Counted from the stretch's first letter, positions 10,566-23,427 are shown. The stretch: 64,000 nt of DNA from a virus (IMGVR_UViG_3300020444_000002:22431-86430), one strand, 5' to 3'. The notes: generated from the sequence alone by a model not told the origin. Numbers and translations are program-made.

Positions 10566-10793
10566 TCAAAGTAAATGGCGCGTATAGTTAGGGTTACGCT
10601 TCTTAATCGGCTTACGGTAGCTTTTGTCGCGCCTGTACTCTTTAGCCCTGTTAAAATCATCAGGGTGGGATTTCTTTTGCTCAGCTTTGTATATTTTGTA
10701 AATCCCCTTGGCTGTTGATTCTAGTTCCTCATAAGATGCATGGTTATTAGCCCACTCCACTATAGCTTCTGGTGTAAGTTCGTATGCTTCCAT
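10566..10793 (-). CDS. Hypothetical protein
   Basis: ORF with TATACT-N-ATG leaderless-type promoter. Confidence 0.55.
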   Translation of the reverse strand: MEAYELTPEAIVEWANNHASYEELESTAKGIYKIYKAEQKKSHPDDFNRAKEYRRDKSYRKPIKKRNPNYTRHLL

Positions 10794-10829
10794 ATTATTA
10801 GTATAACTGTTTTATACTACTTGTGCAAA

Positions 10830-11230
10830 CTAAAAACCCAACGAGGTGCGTTGGGCTAGCGGTTACAAACAAGGGAAGTCAGCCTGTAACACTTAGTTCT
10901 GAATCTATTACTATTATAGCACACGGCAAATAGCCCCTCTTTTTACACTATGAAACAGCCAGGGTTTGTACTAGTGCATTACCCGCAATGGGTGGGGGCG
11001 TAAGCCGTTTTGACCCGAACCAAGGCAAAAAGCCAAATTCGCTTATGGGTCTTATTGTCAAAGTGCTAATGGATTTTCACCATTGCGGTGTAAAGCAGGA
11101 GTTTACGATACTCTTAAAACGTTGAGCCTGATTCTAGATTCTTTTCCCTGCCCTAGAACGCCAGGTCGCTTCCCTACAGGCGCACCAATGGTATTGATAC
11201 GATTCAGAACTTTTTATTTTATATGTTCTA
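10830..11230 (-). ncRNA. Candidate large structured ncRNA between terL and portal
   Basis: No credible ORF; TATAAT at about 11236-11241; long-range pairings (10895-10905/11201-11211; 10983-10991/11080-11088); terminator CCCAACG/CGTTGGG followed by T-run. Confidence 0.6.
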
Positions 11231-11272
11231 TTACAATTATACCTTATTCGGTTTTTGCAGGTTGTTGGGAAC

Positions 11273-12688
11273 TTATACCCCAATGCGGTTTAGGTTATGA
11301 GCAGGGTCTTTTATTTTGCCATGGACAGTACTGTGCTTTCTCACTGCTATAAAGAATGAATCTGCATAATCCGGCGAGCGGCCGAGAATTTCTTTAATTT
11401 TTTCTTTCTTTGTCACTTTTTCAACACCGTCAACCATATCCGTATCGTGCGCACTTATCTCTCTCCACAGCTCATCCTCATTACCCCTATACGCATCCTT
11501 CTGGAATATTTGTATCTCAGCATCTTCTAGTGCCCGGCGAGCGTTTAGTGCAGTTTCGTTACGACTTTTACCTGTAGCTACATACTCGTCGATATACCAA
11601 CCTAACAATTTCATGTTGTCACGCATGCTAGTACCGACACCATTACATTCAATACTGATATGGTGGGCGTATGCTTTTGTGAAGCCCTTGCTTTCTGCCC
11701 AAGCTATCAACTGTTGCGCGAAGAGATACCCAATAGGTCTAGAGTCAACTTCACTGCTTTGGCCGTAAGTCCTCTCTGGTATTTTTAGCTCGCGCTGTTC
11801 CATAACAATATCATCTTCAATAAGGGTTGCAACACAAGCGTCACCACCACCATCACTCACATCCACTCCAATCACTTTGTTAAATTTAGTACGGGTGAAT
11901 TTAGGGATAATATTACCAACTTCGTTGCGTTCTGGTTCGGGGAGGCGGAAGATACTAGCTCTTTCCCATAGGTAACCTTTAATAAGCGCATGGTCTTCGT
12001 CGAGGTAGTTCCAGTTGTTGCGTAAGTAGCGTTCAACCCACCACTTCGGCTTACTACGAATGAGAGAATTAATATCTTTATCTGACTGCCAGCTATCCTC
12101 TAGGGTGAACTCAATCACCATAACATTGCTTGGTAGCTGGCCCTTCTTCCATTTATCATAGTAACGGTTTTTAGCCCATCCATTATTTGGGTTCATGGTG
12201 TGGATATTTATACTCGGTTGGCCTTCCTGGTTAGCACGCCCCTTACGAGACATAATCATATCGGCCGCATCCTCAATTAACTCGTTCGACTCTTCCAGTT
12301 GGTTAGCAGTAATATCAAGACCCTTAATTTTGTTTTGGTCTTTGTCGGTGCTAGAGTCTGCCTGCGCAAAAGTAATGAGGCTCTTATTGGGGAATTCTAT
12401 TAACAGCGAACCTTCATTAAGCTTGTAATGCTTATCCTCAACCATATTCATGTCTGACATCATCTTCTTATAGGTGCGCCAGATTGTCTTACGCGCCGTG
12501 TTGAAGTTCTTACGCCATACAAATAGCTGCGAATGGGGGAAGGCTTCCGCTATAGATATGAACACATGAGCCGTTAAGGCACTCTTACCTGTACCAGTTG
12601 GTCCAATTAGAATAATCTCATCTATTTCTGGACGAGTGTTTATAATATCTATTACCGACTGTTGCTTAGGCTTGAGTTGTAGAGTCAT
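11273..12688 (-). CDS. terL: Terminase large subunit
   Basis: Walker A GPTGTGKS, Walker B-like QLEES, TMNP coupling motif, nuclease GVDV and RSPDYADS. Confidence 0.93.
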   Translation of the reverse strand: MTLQLKPKQQSVIDIINTRPEIDEIILIGPTGTGKSALTAHVFISIAEAFPHSQLFVWRKNFNTARKTIWRTYKKMMSDMNMVEDKHYKLNEGSLLIEFPNKSLITFAQADSSTDKDQNKIKGLDITANQLEESNELIEDAADMIMSRKGRANQEGQPSINIHTMNPNNGWAKNRYYDKWKKGQLPSNVMVIEFTLEDSWQSDKDINSLIRSKPKWWVERYLRNNWNYLDEDHALIKGYLWERASIFRLPEPERNEVGNIIPKFTRTKFNKVIGVDVSDGGGDACVATLIEDDIVMEQRELKIPERTYGQSSEVDSRPIGYLFAQQLIAWAESKGFTKAYAHHISIECNGVGTSMRDNMKLLGWYIDEYVATGKSRNETALNARRALEDAEIQIFQKDAYRGNEDELWREISAHDTDMVDGVEKVTKKEKIKEILGRSPDYADSFFIAVRKHSTVHGKIKDPAHNLNRIGV

Positions 12689-13109
12689 TTTCTTCCTCTA
12701 GCTTCTCTGGCTCTATGATCTGTCCGTCAATGATATTGCGTGGCTTAATTTGGCTTACTACAACAGGTTCTATCTTAATAGATTCACCATTGCTCGTTAG
12801 GTCAACCTTATCGCCCCAACCTGTCTTGCGCAACCATTCCGCAGAGAAGTGACTACCACCCATAGCTTTAATAGCCTGAGCGATTGTAACGGCTTGCATA
12901 AGGGTTTTGGTACCGCTAGGCTCTAGCCACCTAGGCTTACGCTCCATATTCTCTACAAGTGTTTGAAAAAGCTCATCGTCTTCAAGCAGCTCCTGTACAA
13001 CGGTAGACCAGTTGCGGCTCCCCTTCTTGCGTCCTTGGAGGCCGTTTGCCCCCGGTTTTAACTGGGCTATTTGTTTTTCTCGTTTCTCTGGGTCTGATGA
13101 TATTGGCAT
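12666..13109 (-). CDS. terS: Terminase small subunit (probable)
   Basis: KPG.NG..GRKKGS N-terminus, DKVDLTS.G tail; overlaps terL start. Confidence 0.75.
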   Translation of the reverse strand: MPISSDPEKREKQIAQLKPGANGLQGRKKGSRNWSTVVQELLEDDELFQTLVENMERKPRWLEPSGTKTLMQAVTIAQAIKAMGGSHFSAEWLRKTGWGDKVDLTSNGESIKIEPVVVSQIKPRNIIDGQIIEPEKLEEENDSTTQA

Positions 13110-13428
13110 TGTTCTTTGCTCTTTTTGTTTAATTTATCAGAATAATACTGATATTTTACTGTTATATGCCTATTATACAACATTCCCCATTCAATAAAGA
13201 AAGACGCCTCCTGCGAGACGTCAATGAGGTTTAATGGTGACTTTAGGTGCGTTCCTTTGATTGGCTAATTTTATTAAAACCTACAACTAGCCCCGCCATC
13301 ACAAAACAGTCTTTCAGTCGTGATTATCGCCCAAATCTCACCAAGATTAAATGCAACGATAAGTAAGAATACAACACCCATAGCCACACACAGACCGATC
13401 ATTATACTGTTGCCGTCGTACTCTTTCA

Positions 13429-16400
13429 TTAGACCAATCCCCTAGTCTTGAAGATTCCTAGGTTTTCTCGTTCGCTCTGAGTCATTGGGAAGTTGGCTAG
13501 GTCGTTGATTACTGTGCCAGCTTCGCCACCGAATGAATAGTATTTGCCAGTTGTTATATTGTAAACCATAGCTGTGTCAAAGTGGTCCCACTCGATCCCA
13601 ATTGTGTCGCCATAACTTGTTAACTCATTATCGACGGTTGCCCGGTAATAGTTGATTGTTTTCATTGTGATTTGCCTTTCTTAGTTGCTTATCAAGTTTA
13701 ATTATGCTCTCAAAAGACAAAAAAAGCAAGCCCATTTTTAGTACTGCCTATTTTTCCATTACAAACTTTACAACTCTCACATTATTTGGCAAGTCCTTCC
13801 CCCTTGAAGAGTTTTTCACTTCGGCGAGGCGCTCCTCTGCCTGCTTCTTGGTTTTGTACCAACGGATTTGCCTGTTCCCCCAACTGCCCCAAAAAGCAAA
13901 ACAATCTTTACCGTCCTTATCCTCGTAGACGAGAATCCATATGTTATCAGCTATTGCGCGGTGTATCATTTATCTTCTCCTGTATGTGTAGCTACCGTCT
14001 TCTTATGGCCGCATTCACATACAAATTCTGCGTACTCACACCTGTAGTCGCGTCTCATAATTATTTCCGGTTCACCCATGGCAAACCTCCTCACCTCCTC
14101 GACGACCTTTGGTGCGCCCTCGCCTATAAATGTCTTAACAAAATGGTATATGTGCTTATGTGTCATTTCTCTACCCAATACCCCCAACTATTAAGGTGCG
14201 ATAAAGTGTTTATCTTGGGGTGTGAACCTTTGATATGCTGGTAAATAATATACAGACGACCCTGTATTCTCAACGTAGACAATATATTGTATCTAGCGCC
14301 ACTGCACCTTGTTATTATGTCGCCTGCTTTAATGCAATTTACCCTAATCACAACCTACAGCCCCACCTTAAACTTACTGACATTTTTCATTGCCCACCTT
14401 CCTCGTGAGTTCGACAATGCGCCTATTGTTTATGCCTCTGAATATGTTTATCGCTTGATTGGTAATACGAGTTTCATTCCGCATAACACTATCTGGTTTT
14501 GCCTTACCCCTAAAACCTTCCATGTCGGCATTGATGTTTTTGCGTTCATCAACCCTCGCCAGCCTCTCTGCCTCAGCTTCTTGTTCGGCAATGTACGGCG
14601 CAAGTATCTCATACACATCTTCTGCTGATAGCATTGCACCACCACAGTCATGTACATCATCACCATCAAGGAAGTTTGCCTCGAAGTATGATTTGAATGA
14701 TCCTTGTTCTTCTATGCTTTTACTTTTGGTCATCCCAAGTCTACTCCTTGCGATGCTATCGCAGCTTGACATATACGATCAAACGCCTCATCCTTATTTT
14801 CTTCGAGGTTTATCCATGTGTCATAGTCTTCTAGTATTTCAATTACTTTATTTGCAAACTCTACTTTTGTTCCATTTTCCCATGCATTACTCATCTCGTC
14901 CTCCATAACGTTTCTTTTCTTCTTGTAGGGCTTCCGTTACTCTGCTTCGGTAGGCATTCCATCCCTCGCTGTATACTTGGTAGCTGTTCTTCACAGGTCC
15001 GTTGCCGCCAGCATAATACCCCCTTTTTTTAGCTGGTTCATCGCGCTTATCTGGCATCACTGCGTTCATACGCTCAAGGGCTTCTATAATACGGGAGTTG
15101 ATGGTAGCCACCGTTTCGTATATTAGTTGAGCAGTTGGGTCTTCTTCATCGTCATAATTAACCGTTAAACCAGCCCTATTGAATAGTGCCTCTATTTCCT
15201 CACGCAAGTCCCTGTTCTCTGGATTAGTCATAGTCATATGAAACGAATTGTCATCTGGATCAAAGTCACCTGTACCTGTTGTCAGTTTACTCATCACTCA
15301 TCTCCTTTAGGTTTAGTTGATAGCTGGGCGATAATAGCCGTATCTGAGTGCCTAACATCATATTTTTTAGTTGGGTCTATGCCGAACTTATCCCGAAACT
15401 CTTGCTTTGCTTGTTCATATGCCTCGGCTCTTTGTTGATGGATTAGTTCATCAATCCACTTCTCAGCAGTAGGAGAATATTTTTTGTATAGGTCCCGTCT
15501 ATCATATCCAAGCAGATAGGTGTAATCGCCTATGATTCTGTGTGCGTTTCTAGGCTCCCCATCGCTAGAGCTTTCAGCTCCGTGCTCTGCACTAGTATCA
15601 GGCGTCTCCACCACATCCTGCGTATTCTGGTGGGGTGAGGAGGGTAGTTTATCATTCGTGGTGGGGTCAGGCGTTACAGTCATGGGTTATTCCTCCTATG
15701 TTCGATTATTGCCTGTCGTATTTCACCGTTCAGGCGGTTTATTTTCTCTACAAATGTTTCACTCTCAGGCGTTACTATGGGCTTGGGGGCGATACCAGTA
15801 CCATCACACACGTCGCAATCATCTATTGTTATGGTACTCCGTGGATAGTCACATGTGGGGCATCCCAGCCTATTAGCCTCACCACCAATCGCAACATCGA
15901 ACTCATGGTCTGGATTGTTGCATCGCATTTTACCGTCACCATCACAGGCACTACATTTTTCTTTGGGGGCGTAGTGGGCGAGTTGGTCGGCAAACGAAAC
16001 CAGTACGTCTTCCCAATCCTGCCACGAACCATAATCGCCCTCAAGCTCGTTTCCAGCCTTTCTACCACTCGAGTAACATCCATCCTTACATTTAAGAATT
16101 GTCTCGTGTGCAAGCTCCCTAACTCCATCCAGCCAATCCTGTTCATCTGGTTTGTGGGTCATGATATTGCTCCACTCAAAACGACAAACACTAACGTCAA
16201 CACAAATGTTATTATAAACGTCCTAAATGGCACCTTGCTATTTTGTCCAAAATTATCTGCTAACATGGCTGCTACACCAGAAGTCATAGACACAAAACCA
16301 CTTAATATTGCACATACCTGTAATGCTTCACTCATTCCTTTTCTCCTTTACTATTGGATTGGTGAGAGGGGGTCGAACCACCAACTTCATCGGCAAATTC

Positions 16401-19400
16401 TCTACCACCAAAACCCTCCGCCAACTCAATAACAGAGTGTCTATTAACGCCTTGTTCTAGAAAGCCTTGTAAAAAGTTTTTCATCTTATCCTTGGTCTCA
16501 TAAACCTCGGATAGCAAGGTGACGTGTTGCGGGCTGTCTTTCACCCAATAAGCTTTACATATTGCACCACCGCCTATACTCGGCGTAAGTATACTGCCAT
16601 CATCCAAATAATTTAGGTCATTATTCGGCGATACATAGAAGAATGCTCTATCCTCTAATGCTTGTTTTAATTCTTTTGCCATACTCACTCCTCACTCTCT
16701 AGTTTAGATTTGATTTCTGATATGCGGTCAAACACCCGTTTCGCAAACATCTGTGCTCCACCCGGCATATCAACCCGTATTTTATTGAAACCATCGACCT
16801 CCTCTAAACGCCCTTGCCAGTACCAGGTGAGGAGGGCTTGTTTGGCTTCCTGAATATATTTGTTATATTTTGCCATTGTTTTTGCATTGTGTTTTTCAAA
16901 ATCAACTTCTGGGAAATATACCTTTAGAAGAATATCCTCTACAAACCTCTCTGCGTCTTGTGTGTTAGCTGTCATGATTATCCTCCGTAGAGGTTAGTGC
17001 GGCAAGGAGGTTGGACTGATAATCCGTAACACCATTGCAATAACCTGTATATTCGCCCATCTCACCAAGAGACATATTCTTTAATTCCCTGGCAGACATT
17101 GCGCCAAGTCCTAAGCCTGGCTTCGCACTCTGCACTAGCTCTCTTGTCGCTTCTATGATGGCTGCGTGGGCTTCCCCTTTTACGGAATAACCTGCGTTGT
17201 ATGCGTGTTCAAGCAGCTCATCTATCCGTTCACTATATTCAGTTGGGTTTAGTTTTTCACCCCATTTATCGTAGTAGCTATCATCTTTGGGGTTGAAATA
17301 CTCATCGTTGCTAATTGGTAAATATAAATCGTATTTGATACATATTTTTAACGCCCAATCATAATCACCATAAGTTATTTCATCTTCTGTATGTCCCATA
17401 AGCATAGAGCAGTTTACTAATTTGTACCCCTGTTCTGATTTCTGATTATTAAAGTGTTGCGTAATAGTATAACGTCTATCGCCAACAACGTTCTGATTCG
17501 GCATACCATTCTGTTTACTCATTGTGTACCTTCCTTTTTGAGTTGAGCCTCTAAGGTTCCGATTTCTTCATCAATATAATCTGGGTGTATCTCAAAGCAG
17601 CCATCGTGTGCAGATAGACCGTCGCCTGTACTCAGTCGCCTCCAAACATTCAACTCACCTTCAGCTATCGCCCTGTTACGTTCTACTGCGATAAAGTCAG
17701 CTAACTCTGATACTTCGAATGAGTAAATATACTCGCCAGTTTCTTCATCTTGACCAACTGATATTGACAAGTCATGTAGAGCGTCTTTCAGTTCGTCATC
17801 CCCTTCCACTGCATACTTCTGTGCGTAGTGGGTTTCAAGGGCAGACCTATATTTAGATAGCATGTTTTCGGCGGCGACTTTACACTCTACTGCAACGGCA
17901 TCATATTTCTCACCTGCATCTATTCTGTATTTCCAACTATCATAGTAGTAGTTGAATATACAAGCTCTAATGTCACTCTCAATCCGCTTCATTGTCTTCT
18001 CATTAGTGTCGTTAGTGTTAGTCATTGTGGTTATCCTTCTTCAGCCTCGTTACCACCCCAATCACCACGCCATATAAAGCAGAATTTGAAAGCTTCGAGC
18101 ATGATTGGATGTCCCGACACTGGATAGACCCATGGCCTCGGATTATCCCCTCCACCAATACCTATCCTTTCAATTGTTATTACCTCGCCCCGCTTATAGT
18201 TTGCGTAACCATCAGAATAGTTAAACATGCAAACGTATTCGTTATAATCTATAATAGTCATCTTTCCCTCCTATCCGCGAACAAGATGTCTTTCACCGGT
18301 ACAGTTGGGTTCATTGTTGGGTCTTCTGACCACCCAAAATCACCAGTAGGCTCGCCACTATCAACATCAAAATCTACAAATAGGTAGTACCCTCTGCACT
18401 CTATTGTCACTTGTTCGATAGGCTTGCCGCCGTTTGCTATTTCAATATTAGCGCCTGTCTTTGCCCGGAACCACAGTTTTTCAAAAATATTCATAATTTT
18501 CACCCTCTTTACCCACTTTATCTGATCTTTTTTACTGGTGTACAAAATACCTTTTTGTCATCTGCTATATATGCCGAACCGTTGCTCTCATAGCAATTAT
18601 TAACATCAATGCGAAACTGCATAACCTCACTCGTTACCATCGATTGTACTAGCGCACTCTTTGGGATTACAATAAACACTATGGCCAGTATGGACGCTAC
18701 CAACGAGATGCCGAAAAAGAGTAGAAGAAGAAATAGTTTATTTTCTTCACTCATATTTAACACCCTGTTTGTAAAAGTTTATACCTTCATCAACACTTGT
18801 TTTGCTGCTAGACTTTCTGTACCCTTTGCTGATTTTTGCCATTCGCTTAATATTTCTCTCGCAACGTATTACATCGCGCCAAGCCATTAGGCCTTTATAT
18901 TGAGCTATAGCGCCAACAACAAACAGTAGGCAACCTATTAATGGGTTGACACCAGATAAAAGTACGATAGAAGACAATAGCATAGAAGATGAACCCCACC
19001 TTAGATGGATTATTGATTCTGTACAGGCATTGTACATCCTATGATGCCCTAACTCCTTATAAAGAGGCTTGCTCATAATTACTTGCCCTTATCATCTTTC
19101 TTGCCAGCTAAGTACCCAAGCCTAAAGCCTACAATCGGCGATAGCAAAAGGGCGATCAGGATTATAAGAGGTTCAATCATGAATACACCTGCTTTCCAAA
19201 TAATGCGAACTGTATTACTGTGTCCACATCGTACATATCCCAGTCGTCAAAATTGTCTTTACCGTATAGTGCGATACCATTTAAGAATTTCTTAAGCGTT
19301 AGGGTATGGTATTTTTCTTCTTCGGCGTCTCGTATCCTAATACCATAGCCGCGGATTAAAGCTTCAGTAAGATACATATCTTTATCTTCAGGCTTTATAC

Positions 19401-19739
19401 GCCCTTGTACCTTTATATCATCGGACCAATAGATTATTCCTGCTAGGGCGCTGGACATAATATCCTCTATATCTAGATCGCTGATGTTGATTATATGTTT
19501 AACGGTGTAGTTCATTATTCACCCACCAATTCTGCTAAGTTTGCAGCGAGACAAAATTCAGTAGCGAATTTCTCTAAATTCTCTTTTTTACCAGAAATTT
19601 CATAGAGGTTCGCACCGCCCCAATCTACTATGTCCGTATCGTTGATTTTAATGTCGTATTGAGTAGCCACCTTATCAACATCCCAGTAGACTTCGTCGTT
19701 CTTGTCTTCCGAGTTGTACAAACCTATAGTGTATGTCAT
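13429..19739 (-). other. Array of about 18 small hypothetical ORFs (early/host-takeover type region)
   Basis: Co-oriented 60-185 aa ORFs with ATGA-type overlaps, headed by repeated promoter-RBS modules; no recognisable domains. Confidence 0.7.
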
Positions 19740-19745
19740 TTTTTA

Positions 19746-19803
19746 AAGCCTTTCTTAGTTCTTTATACTTTAATTATAGCTCATTTTTGCTAAAAACGCA
19801 AGC
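19746..19803 (-). promoter_or_regulatory. Representative repeated promoter + RBS module (TTGCGT-N17-YATAAT...AACTAAGAAAGGC)
   Basis: Near-identical modules at 13674-13731, 26616-26674, 29242-29298; promoter-only copies at about 6580, 20480, 25820, 27485, 27955, 47425(+), 50395(+), 51900(+). Confidence 0.85.
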
Positions 19804-20015
19804 TTTTTTTTCATATTTTGTCTTTAAAAAATAGACAACCTTTGACATCTATCAGTTCTAACAACATAGCACCAACGGGGTACACGTCACATAAGGCGAC
19901 AAACATGGTAATGCGCCAGCTCGAAAACGCGTGGGGGCCGAATGACGTTTTAGTAAGGATCCCCAAAAAACTACATACCCCATTAGTGTTATATTGTTAA
20001 ATTATATGCACCCCT

Positions 20016-20453
20016 ATAAGCGCACTGTGCCAGCTTGAAAGCTATACCGGATGCTCGACGGCCCCTTCCCAAGGCTTTTCTATGGTCGAAATATTACCCT
20101 TCAAGCCAGCACACTATGCTCAATTATTAATGATTACTGCGTACCAAGTACACAATGCTGGCAAGTAACTCTTTTGTCGTGCAGGGAGTGAGATTGAGGT
20201 TGCGATCCTTGCTAGAACTACTATCGTGACTCATTTGCTACTTACCAGTATGGTATATTTGGTTTTAATGTACTTATTAAGCGTATGGTGCTAGTAGCAA
20301 ATACCTCTTAGGGCTAGCCTGACTCCCGTCTGATTCGCTCGTGGGTTTTACACGTCGTTTTCCGTATGGATGGTACGGCTGTTCTAGCGTTGAACTATAC
20401 GAATCGGTCTGTGCCTAATCTCTTTGCCTTACTACCAGCACTACTACGCTTAA
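20016..20453 (-). ncRNA. Three tandem stem-enclosed small RNA candidates
   Basis: Units 20016-20124, 20143-20263 and 20277-20453, each closed by a long imperfect inverted repeat; downstream of promoter at 20478-20510. Confidence 0.6.
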
Positions 20454-20695
20454 TTGTCAATGTTCTTTCCTAACTTCAATTATGCGCCTTTCTGCCTAAA
20501 AACGCAAGCCTTTTGTTAACAATTTTTACCACCAATCTTCCTTTAGTTCCACCGCTATAGTCGCGAGAATTTTTTTTATTTCGACGCGACGCTTTTCTAT
20601 ATCAGCAAGCTCATCCTCAAGTTCTTTTCTTTGCTCAGGAGAAAGGCTTCGGTACATAACAAACACTCCCGTCTGGACTCCAGCGCCAGTATAAT

Positions 20696-21460
20696 TTATT
20701 TAACTGCATGATACCACTCCCTCCAGTTCTCTAACTCTTTTCTAACATCATGCGTTGGTCGCCAATATGTATCTTTTTTGAGTTCTATACTACCATTGCT
20801 CATAAGAGCGCCAGTATCTCCTTCGTCGCGCTTCGAGTCGTCTAGAACGTACTTAGCTCCCATAAGGTCGGCAACCTGCCGTATGGAAAGATGAGTGTCT
20901 CCTAATTGGTAGTCTCCAACAATATCGGATTCAGCCGCAATAACAAACGCCAACGCTGCATCCTTCACATGGATAAAGTCTCGTATCTGTTCACCTCTCA
21001 TGTAGAGAGTTAATTCCTTATCATTTAGAATACTCTCCGCTAGTAGTGGTACAATATGAGTTTCTGGCTCGTGGCGTTCCCCTGGACCGAATGGGTTAAA
21101 CATACGAAGCGAAACACTATTTTCTGGTAAAAGAACCTCTCCTAGCCGTTTCGTATAGCCATAGGGGGAGAACCTGCCATATACCGCTGCGGAGGAGGCG
21201 AACACGACACGTTTAGCACTAGATAGCCACTTTAAGTTACTGATATTATTATCAACATACTTCCACGGATTCTCAAAAGATTCTTTTATATCTATATCTG
21301 CCGCAAGATGAATCACAACATCAAATTTTGACACATTAGTGCCACTAAGATATGAACCAAGCTTCCTATCAACACCATATACCTCGTGTCCTCTCTCCTC
21401 CGCGATACGAAATACATGCTTACCGATAAAGCCTTTGTGCCCAGTGACTAATATCTTCAC
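20696..21460 (-). CDS. NAD-dependent nucleotide-sugar epimerase/dehydratase
   Basis: ILVTGHKGFIG, HLAA, FASSAAVYG, YGYTK, RDFIHV extended-SDR motifs. Confidence 0.92.
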   Translation of the reverse strand: MKILVTGHKGFIGKHVFRIAEERGHEVYGVDRKLGSYLSGTNVSKFDVVIHLAADIDIKESFENPWKYVDNNISNLKWLSSAKRVVFASSAAVYGRFSPYGYTKRLGEVLLPENSVSLRMFNPFGPGERHEPETHIVPLLAESILNDKELTLYMRGEQIRDFIHVKDAALAFVIAAESDIVGDYQLGDTHLSIRQVADLMGAKYVLDDSKRDEGDTGALMSNGSIELKKDTYWRPTHDVRKELENWREWYHAVK

Positions 21461-22945
21461 TAATCTCTCCACCACCAAATATGTGGGCTTAGGACATCAT
21501 CCTTAACCTCATAGTGGCCATCTACCTTCCAATCATCCCAAGAGTCAAAGTCGTCATCACCGCGTGTTGGCGGTCTGAACCCTGGCTCAGTCTCAATAAT
21601 GACGGCATTCTGTTTTTCAATGATGCTTTTAATGGTAGCTGGTTGGTCGTGATACCAGATTTTTCTACCAGGCAACGCCTCACGACTCTTTTTGTCGAAC
21701 CAATTACTAGGATGCTCGCTATACTCGTCGATCAATCTATCAAGATTCTTCATAACGCGCTGTGGTTCACGCCCAAATACTTCTACAAGCGGTACGCCAT
21801 CAACGATAATTTTCCCGACCACACTCTTACGAATCTCATCACCGCTCAGTTCTGATTCTTTCTCGTAGTTACTACTCTCTATCTGAATATCAATCAAACG
21901 GCGGAAACCGTCAAATGGAACTATGCTGCCAGATGGTCGTCTTAAATAGATATTATTGTCTCGGCGACTATGTGGAAACTGGCCAAAAATTAAATCTCCT
22001 TCCGCCACAGTATCAAACGCTTTAGCGTCTGCTTGGTCGCCTACTCCCCATTGTTCGCTCATTTATTATCCCCTCGTAGGAGTGCTTTCTCCAAAAGAAG
22101 CTTCTCCAGTTAATTGTTTTGTTAATAGTTTTCTTATATCTATGCCACTTTCCTCGGCTTTAGATAACGCACCCCTTAAAGACACGCACATCTCTACAGC
22201 ACCCCAAGACTGACAATCCCAACCAGTGTAGTCACAACTACCATTGACATACGCATAAGTGTGGTCTTTCATAGCGACAACCCAATGGAATTCTGGTCCA
22301 TCATTCTCTCCTTGCAAGTAAGCAAGTACATAGGCTACATCTTCTAATGCGAAGCCCTTTGTGTCCGTAATGGCATAATTCATTGCTGATGATAGGTCAT
22401 AATCTATACGACGTTCTATACAGTCAGTCTCGTGGTCGTAATAATAACTCATCTACGCACCCCAAGCCCATTTCACCAGCCAAACAATACCGACTATGAC
22501 TGTTATCCAAAATACTGCAATAAGCGCTAGCATACCAAACCATACAGCTAACACAATAGCCAGCGCTTGTTTTTGGTGCTTAGCCTCAAAAATTTCTCTC
22601 TTAGTTCTTTTGTTCATATTATACCCCTTATGTTTTAATTATATTCTTTTTTAGACGAAAAAGCAATGTTTATTCACTCATATCGACCTTCCAATAAATA
22701 CTACAAATTGTACACCACTGAGTGATATCATCACCAGAAGGTGTGTGTTGGACACTCTTCCAAGCATTGGGGAAAGCGCTATGATAGCAATGCGCTTTGT
22801 TTATGCAATCTCCAAGCTTCTTATTGCTAGTCGCTTCTATGTTCCAGCCAATAAATTCATAGCCAGAACGCATAAGATTCTCTTCTTCCGGCGGAATTTC
22901 TCTATACGGTCTTTCTTCTATTTTTGTAGAATATGGTGATTTCAT
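21460..22945 (-). CDS. Hypothetical proteins (21460-22062, 22066-22452, 22670-22945)
   Basis: Co-oriented ORFs; no function recognised. Confidence 0.6.
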
Positions 22946-23427
22946 GATGGGTCTCCTAGTAAGCGATGTATGTTAGGGATTAAATCCCATATAGCCCCTT
23001 CGCCCTTTCTTAAAATATTTTTTTGAGGGCGCGATGCCTTCATTTGTTCTGTAGTAACTAGTTTATCACTTTTACTGCCATTACAGGGGTCGCACATAGG
23101 TTGTTTGTTGTCTAAATGTTCCGTTTGTTCGGCGGTCCACCCCAGCTGCTTGCATACAGCCTTTGGAATAATGTGGTCAACAGTCATAAGTACAAAATCA
23201 TCTGTGTATAGGTCAATATGATAAGCCCCAACAGTTCCACGCTTCTTATATCGCTTATAACTAGGCATTTCCTGCCCAACGGCTAGAAATGTCCCCACAC
23301 GGTTACAAGAAACGCAAGCCAAGCCCTTCTCTGCGAATACCATTAGCCTGTCGTGGCCGTTGTATTCTGTGTACAGGTCAGATATAGGCAGGAACTGTAC
23401 TAACTCTTTACCGTGCGGAAGTTTCAT
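22942..23427 (-). CDS. HNH-family nuclease
   Basis: CVSC...MTVDHIIP...N.QPMCDPCN..K. Confidence 0.8.
   Translation of the reverse strand: MKLPHGKELVQFLPISDLYTEYNGHDRLMVFAEKGLACVSCNRVGTFLAVGQEMPSYKRYKKRGTVGAYHIDLYTDDFVLMTVDHIIPKAVCKQLGWTAEQTEHLDNKQPMCDPCNGSKSDKLVTTEQMKASRPQKNILRKGEGAIWDLIPNIHRLLGDPS

Noticed and set aside
15635-16432. 265-aa plus-strand ORF
   Set aside because: Antisense to a tightly packed minus-strand operon; no recognisable features.
20016-20453. CRISPR array, retron msr-msd or Y RNA
   Set aside because: The repeats are inverted and non-identical, not direct; no reverse transcriptase or Ro gene is in the window; the Y RNA bulged-C helix is absent.
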